Positions 47,636 to 55,881 of a DNA stretch of 55,881 nt are shown one piece after another (the first letter of the stretch is position 1; each line of letters begins with the position of its first letter). The notes under the pieces were generated by a model. The model saw only the letters and a list, made by a program, of their open reading frames with translations, did no database searches and was not told the origin of the DNA. Position numbers and translations under genes: made by a program. The stretch is from NCBI GenBank assembly GCA_037140955.1, contig JBAXDL010000006.1, forward strand, positions 1 through 55,881. The letters are read 5' to 3'. Source of the stretch: a bacterium. Lineage in GTDB: Bacteria > Patescibacteriota > Minisyncoccia > Moranbacterales > GWC2-37-73.

Positions 47636-47768
47636 AGCATTATAATAAATTTTAAATATTAAATTTAAGATTTTAAATAAAAATAAAATGAAATCATAAA
47701 TAATTTAAAATTTAATTATTTTGATTTTAATAAAAATTTAAAATTTCAAATTTAAGAGTAGTCTCATT

Positions 47769-48428
47769 ATGAAACTAACCTCAAAACAAAAAACAATTCT
47801 CGACACAATTCGAGAGCTCACTATGCAAAAAGGTGAAAAGCCCACTAGCTATCGTGTTTGCAAGCACCTGACAACTCAGGGTGCCAATGAAAGCATGAAG
47901 TCGGTGATGCAAGTGATTGAGTCACTGGAGAAAAAAGAATTGATCACGCGCGACGAAAACAAAAAGATCTATTTGGTGGAAAATGAAAGCTATGGAGACG
48001 CGCAAAATGTTTTTTCTATTCCACTATACGGTCTTGCATCATGCGGAGAAGCTCTTGCTTATGCTGATGATAGTAGTGATGACTTCTTGCAGCTCTCGCG
48101 CAGTCTTTTTCATCGGGTTGAGCCGGCAAAACTTTTTGCAGTCAAGGCATTGGGCGACTCGATGAATAAGGAAGGAATTGGCGATGGCGATTATGTTATT
48201 TTTGAAAAAACCGAAGGACAAGCGGATTTTGAAGGAAAAATAGTGGTGGCAGTAATAAATGGAATGGCCACGATCAAGCGCTACAAGAACGTTGGCAAGG
48301 GGATCATTGGGCTTTTTCCAAACTCCACCAATGACACACATCATCCTATTTATTTGTCAGAGGTTGATGTTATTTTTGTGGCAGGGGTTTTCAAGAAAGT
48401 GTTGCCAGTGAAATTTGTGAGTCTTTGA
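47769..48428 (+). CDS. lexA: LexA repressor (wHTH plus S24 peptidase)
   Basis: LTSKQKTILDTIRE winged helix. Cleavage/catalytic elements CGEALAY (the AG-type site is not obvious), GDSM (Ser) and ATIKRY (Lys). Confidence 0.88.
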   Translation: MKLTSKQKTILDTIRELTMQKGEKPTSYRVCKHLTTQGANESMKSVMQVIESLEKKELITRDENKKIYLVENESYGDAQNVFSIPLYGLASCGEALAYADDSSDDFLQLSRSLFHRVEPAKLFAVKALGDSMNKEGIGDGDYVIFEKTEGQADFEGKIVVAVINGMATIKRYKNVGKGIIGLFPNSTNDTHHPIYLSEVDVIFVAGVFKKVLPVKFVSL

Positions 48429-48665
48429 AAGTAATAACTGATAATTGTTGAAAAATAGCCCTCTTTGCTGGATAAAGAGAGGGAAGCACCTTAAAAATAA
48501 AATATGGAAATAAGTTAATTTATGTGCTAGAATAAGTGTAATACTGCTAGTTATGGATAATGCTAATGATTATTTAACTAGCGTTATTGAAAGAAATAAT
48601 ATAAATTACATTTATTTGGTGAAATTATTTGAGTAAAAACTCATTTAATTTTTTCACTAATCGAC

Positions 48666-51047
48666 ATGGGAAGAAGAAAAAAACAACAAGAAAATGAAAC
48701 AGAAACAGAAGAAGAAAAAAAACCAATCATACATGGAGATGCGAAACGTAGTGCGGTGGCAATACTTTTGTTTGCTTTGGCCTTACTTTTTATTCTAGGA
48801 TTTTTGTCAGACAAAAAGATTCTCGATGCTGGAATTTTGGGATCATTTTTAAACTCAATGGCTGGGATGATGTTTGGTGTTGGAAAATATATTTCACCAT
48901 TGGTTTTGATTGCTGCTGGAATTGTTTTGCTTTTTCGCAAGGAAACAATGTTCTATGTCTCAAAATTACTTGGAATCTCATTGGCCTTTTCTAGTATTCT
49001 CGGCTTGATTCATATTCTTGCTTATGATCAAAAGAAAATGTTGGGGATTGCTAAGCTTGGAGAAGGTGGAGGATTTTTGGGATATGCTTTTGCTTTTTTG
49101 TTCTTGAAACTTGGTGGCATTGTTGGTGGTTCTATTATCTTGGTTGCCTTGATTTTAACAGGCGTGATTATTGCTTTCAACTTTTCTTTGGCACCATTAT
49201 TTGAAAGATTTTTCAAGAAAAAAGAGATAAATACTGATGAGCAACAAGAGCAGCAAGATGAAGAGTTGCAAGAGGAAGATGAAGATGGTGAAGATGAAAT
49301 AGAGAAAAATCCAATTATTGAAGTGGAAACATCATCTGATGCTTCAGAGGAGGAGACTGATGCTGAGGAAAAAAGTGAATTAGAAAATCGGATGAAGAGT
49401 ATTTTGCAAAAAGCAGCTGCTTGGAAACCAAAAGAAAAAGAAAAAAAATCAAACAAGGAAAAGGCAGAAAAAGAAAAATCATTGTTGGATTGGGAATTGC
49501 CACCAGTTTCATTGCTAGACAGTGTCATTGAAAAAGCTCAAGGTGGAGATGTGCACAAGAATGCTAAGATAATCCAGGAAACTTTGCACAACTTTGGCAT
49601 CGAAGTTGAATTGGGTGAGATCAAAACGGGACCAACTGTGACTCAGTATAGTTTTCGTCCAGCTGTTGGTGTTAAATTGACCAGAATAACTGGTCTTAGT
49701 AGTGATTTGGCCTTGCGTTTAGCGGCCAGACAAGTTCGCATTGAAGCTCCAATACCAGGAAAATCATTGGTTGGAATTGAGGTTCCAAACAAGAGCAATG
49801 CCACAATACGTTTGCCAGAATTATTGCAAGCACTTGAATTTGAAAACAGAAAATCAAATTTGTTGCTAGCACTAGGAAAAGATGTAAGTGGAAATTATAT
49901 TTTTGGTGATTTGAAAAAGATGCCACATTTGCTTATTGCTGGTTCAACCGGTAGTGGAAAAAGTGTGTGCATAAACACAATCCTGCTTTCAATGCTATAT
50001 CAAAATTCTCCAGAAGACTTGAAGCTTATTTTGGTTGACCCTAAGCGCGTTGAATTGACACCATATAATGGTATTCCGCATTTATTAACTGATGTTATTG
50101 TTGAAAATGGAAAAGTTCTTAGCGCACTGAAATGGGCTATAGGTGAAATGGAGCGTCGTTACAAGCTTTTGCAAAGAGTTGGCTCAAAGGATATTGCTTC
50201 ATTCAACAAGAAGGCAGAGAGTTGCGAAGTTTTCAAAAATGTTGACACGGCAACTGGAGAAATAACAGAAGAGTGTGTTGAAAAATTGCCATTTATTGTT
50301 ATTGTAATTGATGAATTGGCGGATTTGATGGCATCACACGGAAAAGAAGTTGAAGGTGTGATTATTCGGCTGGCGCAAATGGCGCGCGCAGTTGGAATCC
50401 ATTTGATTTTGAGCACACAAAAACCAATTGTTACTGTCATTACAAGTTTAATCAAATCCAACATTCCAACAAGAATCGCATTTCGTGTGCCATCTTTGAT
50501 GGATTCGCGCACAATTTTGGATGCTAGTGGTGCAGAAAAATTACTTGGAAATGGTGACATGCTTTTTTCAGCTGCAGAAGCAGTTGATCTTCGCAGGGTG
50601 CAGGGAGTTTTTGTTTCAGAAGAGGAAATAAAAAGAGTTGTTGATTTTATTAAGAATCAAAAATTTGAAAAAATAGAAGATGACCTTGGCGATGAAATCG
50701 TTGTTGAAGACAAAGCACAGGGAAACAAAAATGGTGAAGTAAAAACAATTCAATATGCCGACAAAATAGATTTTGACTCAGTGGAAGCCAATGATCAGGA
50801 GGATGCTCGCTATGATGAAGCAAAACAAATCGTTATTCAATCAGGAAAAGCTTCTTCATCTTTGCTGCAAAGAAGAATGAGAATTGGTTATTCGCGTGCA
50901 GCAAGCTTGATTGATATGCTCGAAGACAATGGTGTGATTGGAGCTGCTGATGGAGCTAAGCCGCGAGAAATTTTGGTTGGAGCGCAGCAGGTAGAATATC
51001 AAGATTCAACTTCCGATCAGGTAGCTAGAGACAAATGGCAAATGTAA
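48666..51047 (+). CDS. ftsK: DNA translocase FtsK/SpoIIIE
   Basis: 4 N-terminal TM segments, an acidic linker, motor domain with Walker A GSTGSGKSV and Walker B VIVIDELADL, and a C-terminal gamma wHTH (SSLLQRRMRIGYSRAASLIDMLE). Confidence 0.95.
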   Translation: MGRRKKQQENETETEEEKKPIIHGDAKRSAVAILLFALALLFILGFLSDKKILDAGILGSFLNSMAGMMFGVGKYISPLVLIAAGIVLLFRKETMFYVSKLLGISLAFSSILGLIHILAYDQKKMLGIAKLGEGGGFLGYAFAFLFLKLGGIVGGSIILVALILTGVIIAFNFSLAPLFERFFKKKEINTDEQQEQQDEELQEEDEDGEDEIEKNPIIEVETSSDASEEETDAEEKSELENRMKSILQKAAAWKPKEKEKKSNKEKAEKEKSLLDWELPPVSLLDSVIEKAQGGDVHKNAKIIQETLHNFGIEVELGEIKTGPTVTQYSFRPAVGVKLTRITGLSSDLALRLAARQVRIEAPIPGKSLVGIEVPNKSNATIRLPELLQALEFENRKSNLLLALGKDVSGNYIFGDLKKMPHLLIAGSTGSGKSVCINTILLSMLYQNSPEDLKLILVDPKRVELTPYNGIPHLLTDVIVENGKVLSALKWAIGEMERRYKLLQRVGSKDIASFNKKAESCEVFKNVDTATGEITEECVEKLPFIVIVIDELADLMASHGKEVEGVIIRLAQMARAVGIHLILSTQKPIVTVITSLIKSNIPTRIAFRVPSLMDSRTILDASGAEKLLGNGDMLFSAAEAVDLRRVQGVFVSEEEIKRVVDFIKNQKFEKIEDDLGDEIVVEDKAQGNKNGEVKTIQYADKIDFDSVEANDQEDARYDEAKQIVIQSGKASSSLLQRRMRIGYSRAASLIDMLEDNGVIGAADGAKPREILVGAQQVEYQDSTSDQVARDKWQM

Positions 51048-51085
51048 GACAGGTATTAGTCTGAGTAATTAAGCACTATAAAAGT

Positions 51086-51838
51086 ATGGTCCAATTTACT
51101 ACCAAAAAGATTGACTCACTGACTTTGGGTGAGAAGATGAAAAAAATCAGAGATGAGCGCAGATTAAGCTTGAATGAAATTTCAAAGGGAACTAAAATTC
51201 AAGTTAAATATTTGCAGCATATCGAAGAGAGTGAATATCAGAAATTGCCAGCAGATGTCTATACGAGAGGATTTTTGCGTAGCTATGCTATTTTTATGGG
51301 GCTAAATGAAACAGCGCTCATCAAACAATTTGAAAGGGAAAAAAATATTCATAAGAATATAAAAAAGGTTGTTGATGAAGATCATCATCATAAAGCGCGC
51401 CCAGTAAAATTTTCCAGTTTAGTTATAACTCCAAAAGCAATTATAATCTCAGTTATTTTGTTGGTAGTAGTTTTAAGTTTTGCCTATCTTTATATTGAGG
51501 TTAATAACTTTGTTTCAAAGCCAAGACTTAGCATTTTGACACCATTTGATGGTGCGATGATAAATGGAAGCTCAACACACGTTTCAGGCATTGCTGAAAA
51601 AGATGCACTTGTTTTCATCAATGATCAGCCGGTGCTTGTCAGTGAAAAAGGTGAGTTTAGTGAGGACATTGGACTTAAGTTGGGTGTTAATATTATTAGC
51701 GTCAAGGCTCGCAGTAAGTTTGACAAAGAAGATACAAAAGTTGTCACTGTTAATGCTGAATTTCAAAACACGGCCCCATCTGAGCAAGGTGCTACAATGG
51801 AAAATTCTGAAACACAATCAAATCAAAACAATAATTAA
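51086..51838 (+). CDS. RodZ-like protein (XRE HTH, TM, beta-rich C-domain)
   Basis: LGEKMKKIRDERRLSLNEISKGTKIQVKYLQHIEESEY..LPADVYTRGFLRSYA, followed by a TM segment. Confidence 0.65.
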   Translation: MVQFTTKKIDSLTLGEKMKKIRDERRLSLNEISKGTKIQVKYLQHIEESEYQKLPADVYTRGFLRSYAIFMGLNETALIKQFEREKNIHKNIKKVVDEDHHHKARPVKFSSLVITPKAIIISVILLVVVLSFAYLYIEVNNFVSKPRLSILTPFDGAMINGSSTHVSGIAEKDALVFINDQPVLVSEKGEFSEDIGLKLGVNIISVKARSKFDKEDTKVVTVNAEFQNTAPSEQGATMENSETQSNQNNN

Positions 51839-51912
51839 AATATCTTAAAATAAATTAAATTATTTATTTAGTTTTAAAAATAAGCTAAATAAAAATAAAA
51901 TTAAAAAATCTT

Positions 51913-52950
51913 ATGGCAAAAGAAAAGAAGCCACCAAAGGAAGCGGTTGAGCAAAATAAACATGTAGAGAAAAAGGACATTGATAAATTGGTTGATGATA
52001 TGCAGGAGAAGTTTGGAGAGGGGATGTTGATGAAGCTGGGGGATGTGAAAAGAGTTGACATTGAAGCTATTCCTACGGGGTCAATTTCTTTGGATATTGC
52101 AACTGGAATCGGTGGTATGCCTCGTGGAAGAATTGTTGAGATATATGGACCAGAGTCTTCTGGCAAAACAACATTGACTTTGCATGTTGTTGCTAATGCT
52201 CAAAAAAATGGAGGAACGGCTGCTTTTGTTGATGCTGAACATGCATTGGACCCCGAATATGCCAAAAAAATTGGAGTGGACATTAAGAATCTTTTGGTTT
52301 CTCAGCCGGACAACGGAGAGCAGGCCTTAGATATTGTGGAATCCCTAGTTCGCTCTGGAGTGGTTGATGTTGTTATTGTTGACTCTGTTGCCGCGCTTGT
52401 GCCTAAGGCTGAAATTGAAGGGGAGATGGGCGATCAACATGTTGGTAGGCAAGCTCGTCTCATGTCTCAGGCACTTCGAAAGCTAACAGCTATTATTGCT
52501 CGTTCAAACACTACGGTGATCTTTATCAATCAAATTCGTATGAAAATTGGGGTAATGTTTGGCAACCCAGAAACAACAACTGGAGGACAAGCGCTCAAAT
52601 TTTATTCCTCAGTTCGTGTTGAGGTTCGCAGGGCTGCTCAGATCAAGAAGGGTGATGATGTGGTTGGTAATAGGGTTAAAGTTAAGATTGTGAAAAACAA
52701 GGTAGCACCACCATTCAAAACAGCTGAATTTGATATCATGTACAATGAGGGCATTTCTTTGGCTGGTGATTTGCTTGATGCTGGGGTGAAGTTTGAGGTT
52801 GTAAAGAAATCTGGAAATTCACTTTCTTATGGTGAGACCAAGCTTGGAGCTGGAAGAGAAAGTGCAAAAGCATTTTTGCGTGAAGACAAAAAGACAGCTG
52901 AAAAGATCTTCAAAGAAATTGCAGAGAAGGCGAAATTGGTTGTGTTGTAG
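51913..52950 (+). CDS. recA: Recombinase A
   Basis: [17 protein letters not shown] Walker [20 protein letters not shown]1/L2 loops. 345 aa. Confidence 0.97.
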   Translation: MAKEKKPPKEAVEQNKHVEKKDIDKLVDDMQEKFGEGMLMKLGDVKRVDIEAIPTGSISLDIATGIGGMPRGRIVEIYGPESSGKTTLTLHVVANAQKNGGTAAFVDAEHALDPEYAKKIGVDIKNLLVSQPDNGEQALDIVESLVRSGVVDVVIVDSVAALVPKAEIEGEMGDQHVGRQARLMSQALRKLTAIIARSNTTVIFINQIRMKIGVMFGNPETTTGGQALKFYSSVRVEVRRAAQIKKGDDVVGNRVKVKIVKNKVAPPFKTAEFDIMYNEGISLAGDLLDAGVKFEVVKKSGNSLSYGETKLGAGRESAKAFLREDKKTAEKIFKEIAEKAKLVVL

Positions 52951-53050
52951 AAAGAGAAAAGCATCACGCATGTTGCTTTATTTGGAATTTGAAAAATGAT
53001 TTTTTTTGTGGTATTATTTTGGTATAAGATATTTTCTTTTAAAAGAGGTG

Positions 53051-53079
53051 TTGACAAAGTCGCCATTTGGGTGTATACT
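53051..53079 (+). promoter_or_regulatory. Near-consensus sigma-70 promoter downstream of recA
   Basis: TTGACA, 17 nt, TATACT. Confidence 0.6.
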
Positions 53080-53093
53080 GTATACATAGAGAT

Positions 53094-53128
53094 GAGAACC
53101 GGGTGATTTATCGCCACGGTTCTTTTTC
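53094..53128 (+). terminator. Intrinsic terminator about 10 nt downstream of the predicted TSS (recA terminator and/or attenuator)
   Basis: GAGAACCG-(GGTG..CGCC inner stem)-CGGTTCT followed by TTTTT. Confidence 0.7.
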
Positions 53129-53189
53129 TATATTAATAAGTAAGTAATTAATTTAATTTTGCTCGGGGGAGCAACAAAAACAAAAAAAT

Positions 53190-53330
53190 ATGGCTACAAA
53201 AACAAATTGTACTCATTGTCAAAAAAGAGCCAAATATGAAGAGCAGTCAGAAGAATTTAACCTAGCAGTGCTTATTGCACTCTTTCCACTTATGGTCTTC
53301 ACCTTATTTGGACAAGTTGGACTCTTCTAG
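53190..53330 (+). CDS. Candidate small tail-anchored membrane peptide (46 aa; below the ORF-track cutoff)
   Basis: MATKTNCTHCQKRAKYEEQSEEFNLAVLIALFPLMVFTLFGQVGLF. Preceded by the hairpin TTGCTC-GGGG-GAGCAA and followed by the terminator at 53342-53372. Confidence 0.35.
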   Translation: MATKTNCTHCQKRAKYEEQSEEFNLAVLIALFPLMVFTLFGQVGLF

Positions 53331-53341
53331 ATAATAAATTG

Positions 53342-53372
53342 AAACTCTACTTCTTTGGTAGAGTTTTCTTTT
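53342..53372 (+). terminator. Intrinsic terminator after the small ORF
   Basis: AAACTCTAC-TTCTTTG-GTAGAGTTT followed by TCTTTT. Confidence 0.65.
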
Positions 53373-53379
53373 ATATATT

Positions 53380-53406
53380 AAAAACCATCCTTGTGGATGG
53401 TTTTTA
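53380..53406. terminator. Bidirectional terminator (efp)
   Basis: AAAAACCATCC-TTGT-GGATGGTTTTT. Confidence 0.75.
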
Positions 53407-53449
53407 ATATTGTCTATTTTTCTAAAAACTAATTTATATAGGCTGAAAA

Positions 53450-54007
53450 TTAAGCCCTAGAGACATAAGCCCCTTTTTCTGTGTTGACGATGATTTTGTC
53501 ACCTTCATTAACAAATAGAGGAGTTGTAACTTTGAGACCTGTTTCAAGTACAACAACCTTGTCTCCGCCTGAAGATGTGTCGCCTTTGACTCCTGGTGGA
53601 GCTTCAACGACTGTCAAAGTCACCTTGATCGGAAGTTCAATGTTTACAGGAACTTCATTGAAGTTGAGCACGCTCACTTCAGTTCCTTCTAGCAAAAACA
53701 GATAGGCATTTCCAATAACATCCTTGGCTAATGAAAATTGGTCATAGGTGCTGTTGTCCATAAAGACAAATCCATCTTGTTCGGCATATAGATATTGAGC
53801 CTTTGATTTTGACATGTCAGCTTCATCAGCCTTGTCTGATCCATTGAAGGTTTTCTCAAGTACACTTCCATTGAGCAAGTTTTTGAGCTTTGTGCGAAGC
53901 ACTGCGCCAGCTCTTCCTGTCTTGGAGTGTTCAGCTGAAAGAACAACATAGGGAGATCCTTCCCACAAAATGTTTTTTCCAGCCTTGATATCACTTATTC
54001 CTAACAT
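53450..54007 (-). CDS. efp: Elongation factor P
   Basis: 185 aa. DIKAGKNILWEGSPYVVL..HSKTGRAGAVLRTKLKNL and three OB/KOW domains. Confidence 0.95.
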   Translation of the reverse strand: MLGISDIKAGKNILWEGSPYVVLSAEHSKTGRAGAVLRTKLKNLLNGSVLEKTFNGSDKADEADMSKSKAQYLYAEQDGFVFMDNSTYDQFSLAKDVIGNAYLFLLEGTEVSVLNFNEVPVNIELPIKVTLTVVEAPPGVKGDTSSGGDKVVVLETGLKVTTPLFVNEGDKIIVNTEKGAYVSRA

Positions 54008-54011
54008 ATTG

Positions 54012-54108
54012 ATAAGTCTATAAAGTCTATAAAGTCTTAAAGTCTTAAAACAAAAAAGAAAAATTCAAAAATGCTTTATGGGCTTTTAGCTTTATGGGCT
54101 TTTAGCTA
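54012..54108. repeat. Tandem repeats in the efp-rpsR spacer: (A)TAAAGTCT x4 and a 16-mer CTTTATGGGCTTTTAG x2
   Basis: Read directly at 54012-54047 and 54074-54105. Confidence 0.9.
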
Positions 54109-54112
54109 ATTT

Positions 54113-54319
54113 TTATTTAACTACAAACGGTGCAAGTGCCATTACGCGAGCTCTTTTTATTGCTTGTGCAAGTGTTCGTTGATGCTTTGTGCAAATGCCG
54201 TGTCTTTTTGGTGGGTAGATTTTTCCTTGTGAGTTCATAAAACGACGAATCAAATAAGCATCCTTATAGTCGATTTTGTCCATTTTTTGTTCACAGAAAT
54301 AACATTGTTTTCTTTCCAT
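54113..54319 (-). CDS. rpsR: 30S ribosomal protein S18
   Basis: YFCEQKMDKIDYKDAYLIRRFMNSQGKIYPPKRHGICTKHQRTLAQAIKRARVMALAPF. Confidence 0.95.
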   Translation of the reverse strand: MERKQCYFCEQKMDKIDYKDAYLIRRFMNSQGKIYPPKRHGICTKHQRTLAQAIKRARVMALAPFVVK

Positions 54320-54330
54320 AATAGGGTAAA

Positions 54331-54459
54331 TAATTCTTAATTCTTAATTCTTAATTCTTAATTTTTAATTTTGAATCAATTTCTAATTTCTTAATGCTTT
54401 AATGTTTTAAACATTTAGTCATTAAGATTTCATTCGAAATTCGAAATTCAAAATTCGTA
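54331..54459. repeat. Heptamer tandem repeats in the rpsR-ssb spacer: TAATTCT x4 and ATTCGAA/ATTCAAA x4
   Basis: 54331-54358 has four perfect copies. 54432-54459 reads ATTCGAA ATTCGAA ATTCAAA ATTCGTA. Confidence 0.9.
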
Positions 54460-54484
54460 ATTATTTTAATTTATTGAAAATAAA

Positions 54485-54982
54485 TTAAAAAGGTACGTCC
54501 TCAAGTCTCACTTCATCTTGTTCTTCATCAAGATTGATAGTTGGAATTTCTTCAACTGGCGCTTGACGCTGAGGTGCTGGGCGAGAAGCTGGAACAGCTC
54601 CTATGTTCATTGGCTGTGCAGGTCGACTGTTTGACTGAGAAGCTCCTTGTGCGCGTGATCCCATTTGCATGTTTTCAGCAACAACTTCAGTTGTTCTTCT
54701 TTCAACTCCATCCTTGCCTGTGTATGCGCGTGTTTCAAGTCTTCCTTCGAAATATGCCTCTTGTCCCTTGGTTAGATATTGACCAGCGATTTCAGCAAGT
54801 CGTCCCCAGATCACAATGTTGTGAAATTCTGATTTTTCTTGCTTCTGGCCAGCTTTGTCATTCCAGGTTCTGTTGGTAGCAATTGCAATTGTTGCAACTG
54901 TTTGTCCAGATGGCGTGGTGCGAATTTCTGGATCTCTTGTTAGGCGACCAATGAGTTGAACTTTGTTAAGATTCATATTCAT
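54485..54982 (-). CDS. ssb: Single-stranded DNA-binding protein
   Basis: OB fold NKVQLIGRLTRDPEIRTTPSGQTVATIAIATNR..W, Gly/Pro/Gln-rich tail, and an acidic C-terminal tip EDVPF. Confidence 0.93.
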   Translation of the reverse strand: MNMNLNKVQLIGRLTRDPEIRTTPSGQTVATIAIATNRTWNDKAGQKQEKSEFHNIVIWGRLAEIAGQYLTKGQEAYFEGRLETRAYTGKDGVERRTTEVVAENMQMGSRAQGASQSNSRPAQPMNIGAVPASRPAPQRQAPVEEIPTINLDEEQDEVRLEDVPF

Positions 54983-55062
54983 TTAAACATTTAATCATTT
55001 AAACATTTAAGCAAAAAATATTCTGCATTGTGTTTATATGTTTATATGTTTGTATGTTTATA
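54980..55062. repeat. Octamer tandem repeats in the ssb-rpsF spacer: CATTTAAN x4 and TGTTTATA x4
   Basis: 54980-55011 (the first unit contains the ssb start codon) and 55031-55062. Confidence 0.9.
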
Positions 55063-55068
55063 TTTTTA

Positions 55069-55635
55069 TTAGATGTTCAATAGTTCATCAAGTTGCTTGT
55101 CAATATTTTTTGACTCCTCCTTTGAAGGCTCAACTTTTTTTGCGATTGTTGCGGTTGGTGCTGTTGGGCGTTGAGCGGGTCTTTGCGCAGGACGTTGCAT
55201 TGGGCGTTGGTTGTTGTCTCTCCTGTCAGTTCTTTGTTGTGGTCGTTGCGGTGAACGTCCTTGATTGGCTGCAAGTTCTTGAGCTTTTCTTCTGTCTTTT
55301 GCTCCAAGTGCAGGGAGATCCTCAGTTTTTACAATCAAGAAACGCAAAACATCATTGCTAAGGTTTAACTTGTTTGTGATAGCTGCGATTCCAAATTCTT
55401 TTTCTCCATTTGTTTCGTCAGCCCAGAAATCAATTTCTGGCAATTCAAAACGACGAGTGATGTAGGTTCCTTTGTTCTGGTGCTTGATTTCATAAGCAAG
55501 TTTTCTTTTCTCGCTCAATTCTTCTCCGACCAAAGTTGCTTGTTCTAATGCAAGAATTGCATTAACTCCTTCTTTGATGGTGGGCAGGTTTGCTTCTTGT
55601 CGTTCTCCAACAAGATAGAACAGTTCGTATTGCAT
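55069..55635 (-). CDS. rpsF: 30S ribosomal protein S6 with a long basic/Pro-Gln-Arg-rich C-terminal extension
   Basis: MQYELFYLV...LSEKRKLAYEIKHQNKGTYI S6 core (about 100 aa), then about 85 aa containing RPAQRPAQRP repeats. Confidence 0.9.
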   Translation of the reverse strand: MQYELFYLVGERQEANLPTIKEGVNAILALEQATLVGEELSEKRKLAYEIKHQNKGTYITRRFELPEIDFWADETNGEKEFGIAAITNKLNLSNDVLRFLIVKTEDLPALGAKDRRKAQELAANQGRSPQRPQQRTDRRDNNQRPMQRPAQRPAQRPTAPTATIAKKVEPSKEESKNIDKQLDELLNI

Positions 55636-55881
55636 ACTTATTTTGCTTAATTAATTAAATGTTGATTAATGAGGTTGTGGAAATTATTGTGATATTCATT
55701 TCGAATTTCCAATTTTGAATTTCGAATAAAATTAGAATGACTTAATGTTTAAGATATTAAATCATTAAAAAATTAAAAATTGATTCAAAATTCGATTTTC
55801 AAAATTCAAAATTTCTGCAAAAAAATCCACCAAACAAGAAAATCCTTGCTTTTAGTGGAGCATTCCAGCCTATCCACTTTT

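Noticed and set aside
49028-49528. 166-aa Ser/Phe-rich ORF on the minus strand.
   Set aside because: It is antisense to the acidic Glu/Lys linker of ftsK, so it is a compositional artefact.
52827-53117. 96-aa ORF on the minus strand downstream of recA.
   Set aside because: It overlaps the recA 3' end and runs through the promoter and terminator elements. No motifs or start context support it.
54008-55860. CRISPR array.
   Set aside because: The repeat units are 7-16 nt, directly tandem without unique spacers, differ between spacers, and no cas genes are present.

Overview
AT-rich bacterial chromosomal window. It uses the standard code: long conserved ORFs are intact and TGA serves as a stop. 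The gene content suggests a small-genome Patescibacteria/CPR-like organism: giant LamG/FN3 surface protein, PilV-like WTEPT secreted protein, rpoBC not preceded by rplJL, and long repeat-filled spacers. This placement is inference only. Most of the window is housekeeping: a 4-tRNA cluster, valS, tsaD, an ECF sigma factor, class I ribonucleotide reductase nrdA/nrdB, rpoB/rpoC, a lexA-ftsK-rodZ-like-recA block, efp, and rpsF-ssb-rpsR. There are also stress genes (Hsp20, 2-Cys peroxiredoxin, Fe/Mn SOD) and envelope genes (VanW, DedA, GT4, amidase, FKBP). Five things deserve a second look. (1) A 344-bp GIY-YIG nuclease cassette is bounded by exact 41-nt direct repeats; it leaves a truncated 5' half of tRNA-Glu upstream and an intact tRNA-Glu downstream. 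(2) A roughly 6.4-kb island ends in a large serine recombinase whose stop codon lies inside tRNA-Gly. The island carries small membrane and zinc-ribbon proteins, a strongly base-paired pseudoknot-capable RNA candidate, and a degenerate 130-150 bp tandem repeat array. (3) An HTH/LAGLIDADG-like ORF abuts the 5' end of the same tRNA-Gly. (4) A giant LamG/FN3 protein appears to form an operon with a MacB/FtsX-type ABC transporter. (5) A family of 7-9 nt AT-rich tandem repeats fills intergenic spacers, especially in rpsF-ssb-rpsR-efp, and also occurs in-frame inside tsaD. No CRISPR array, rRNA, reverse transcriptase or known defence-system gene was recognised.
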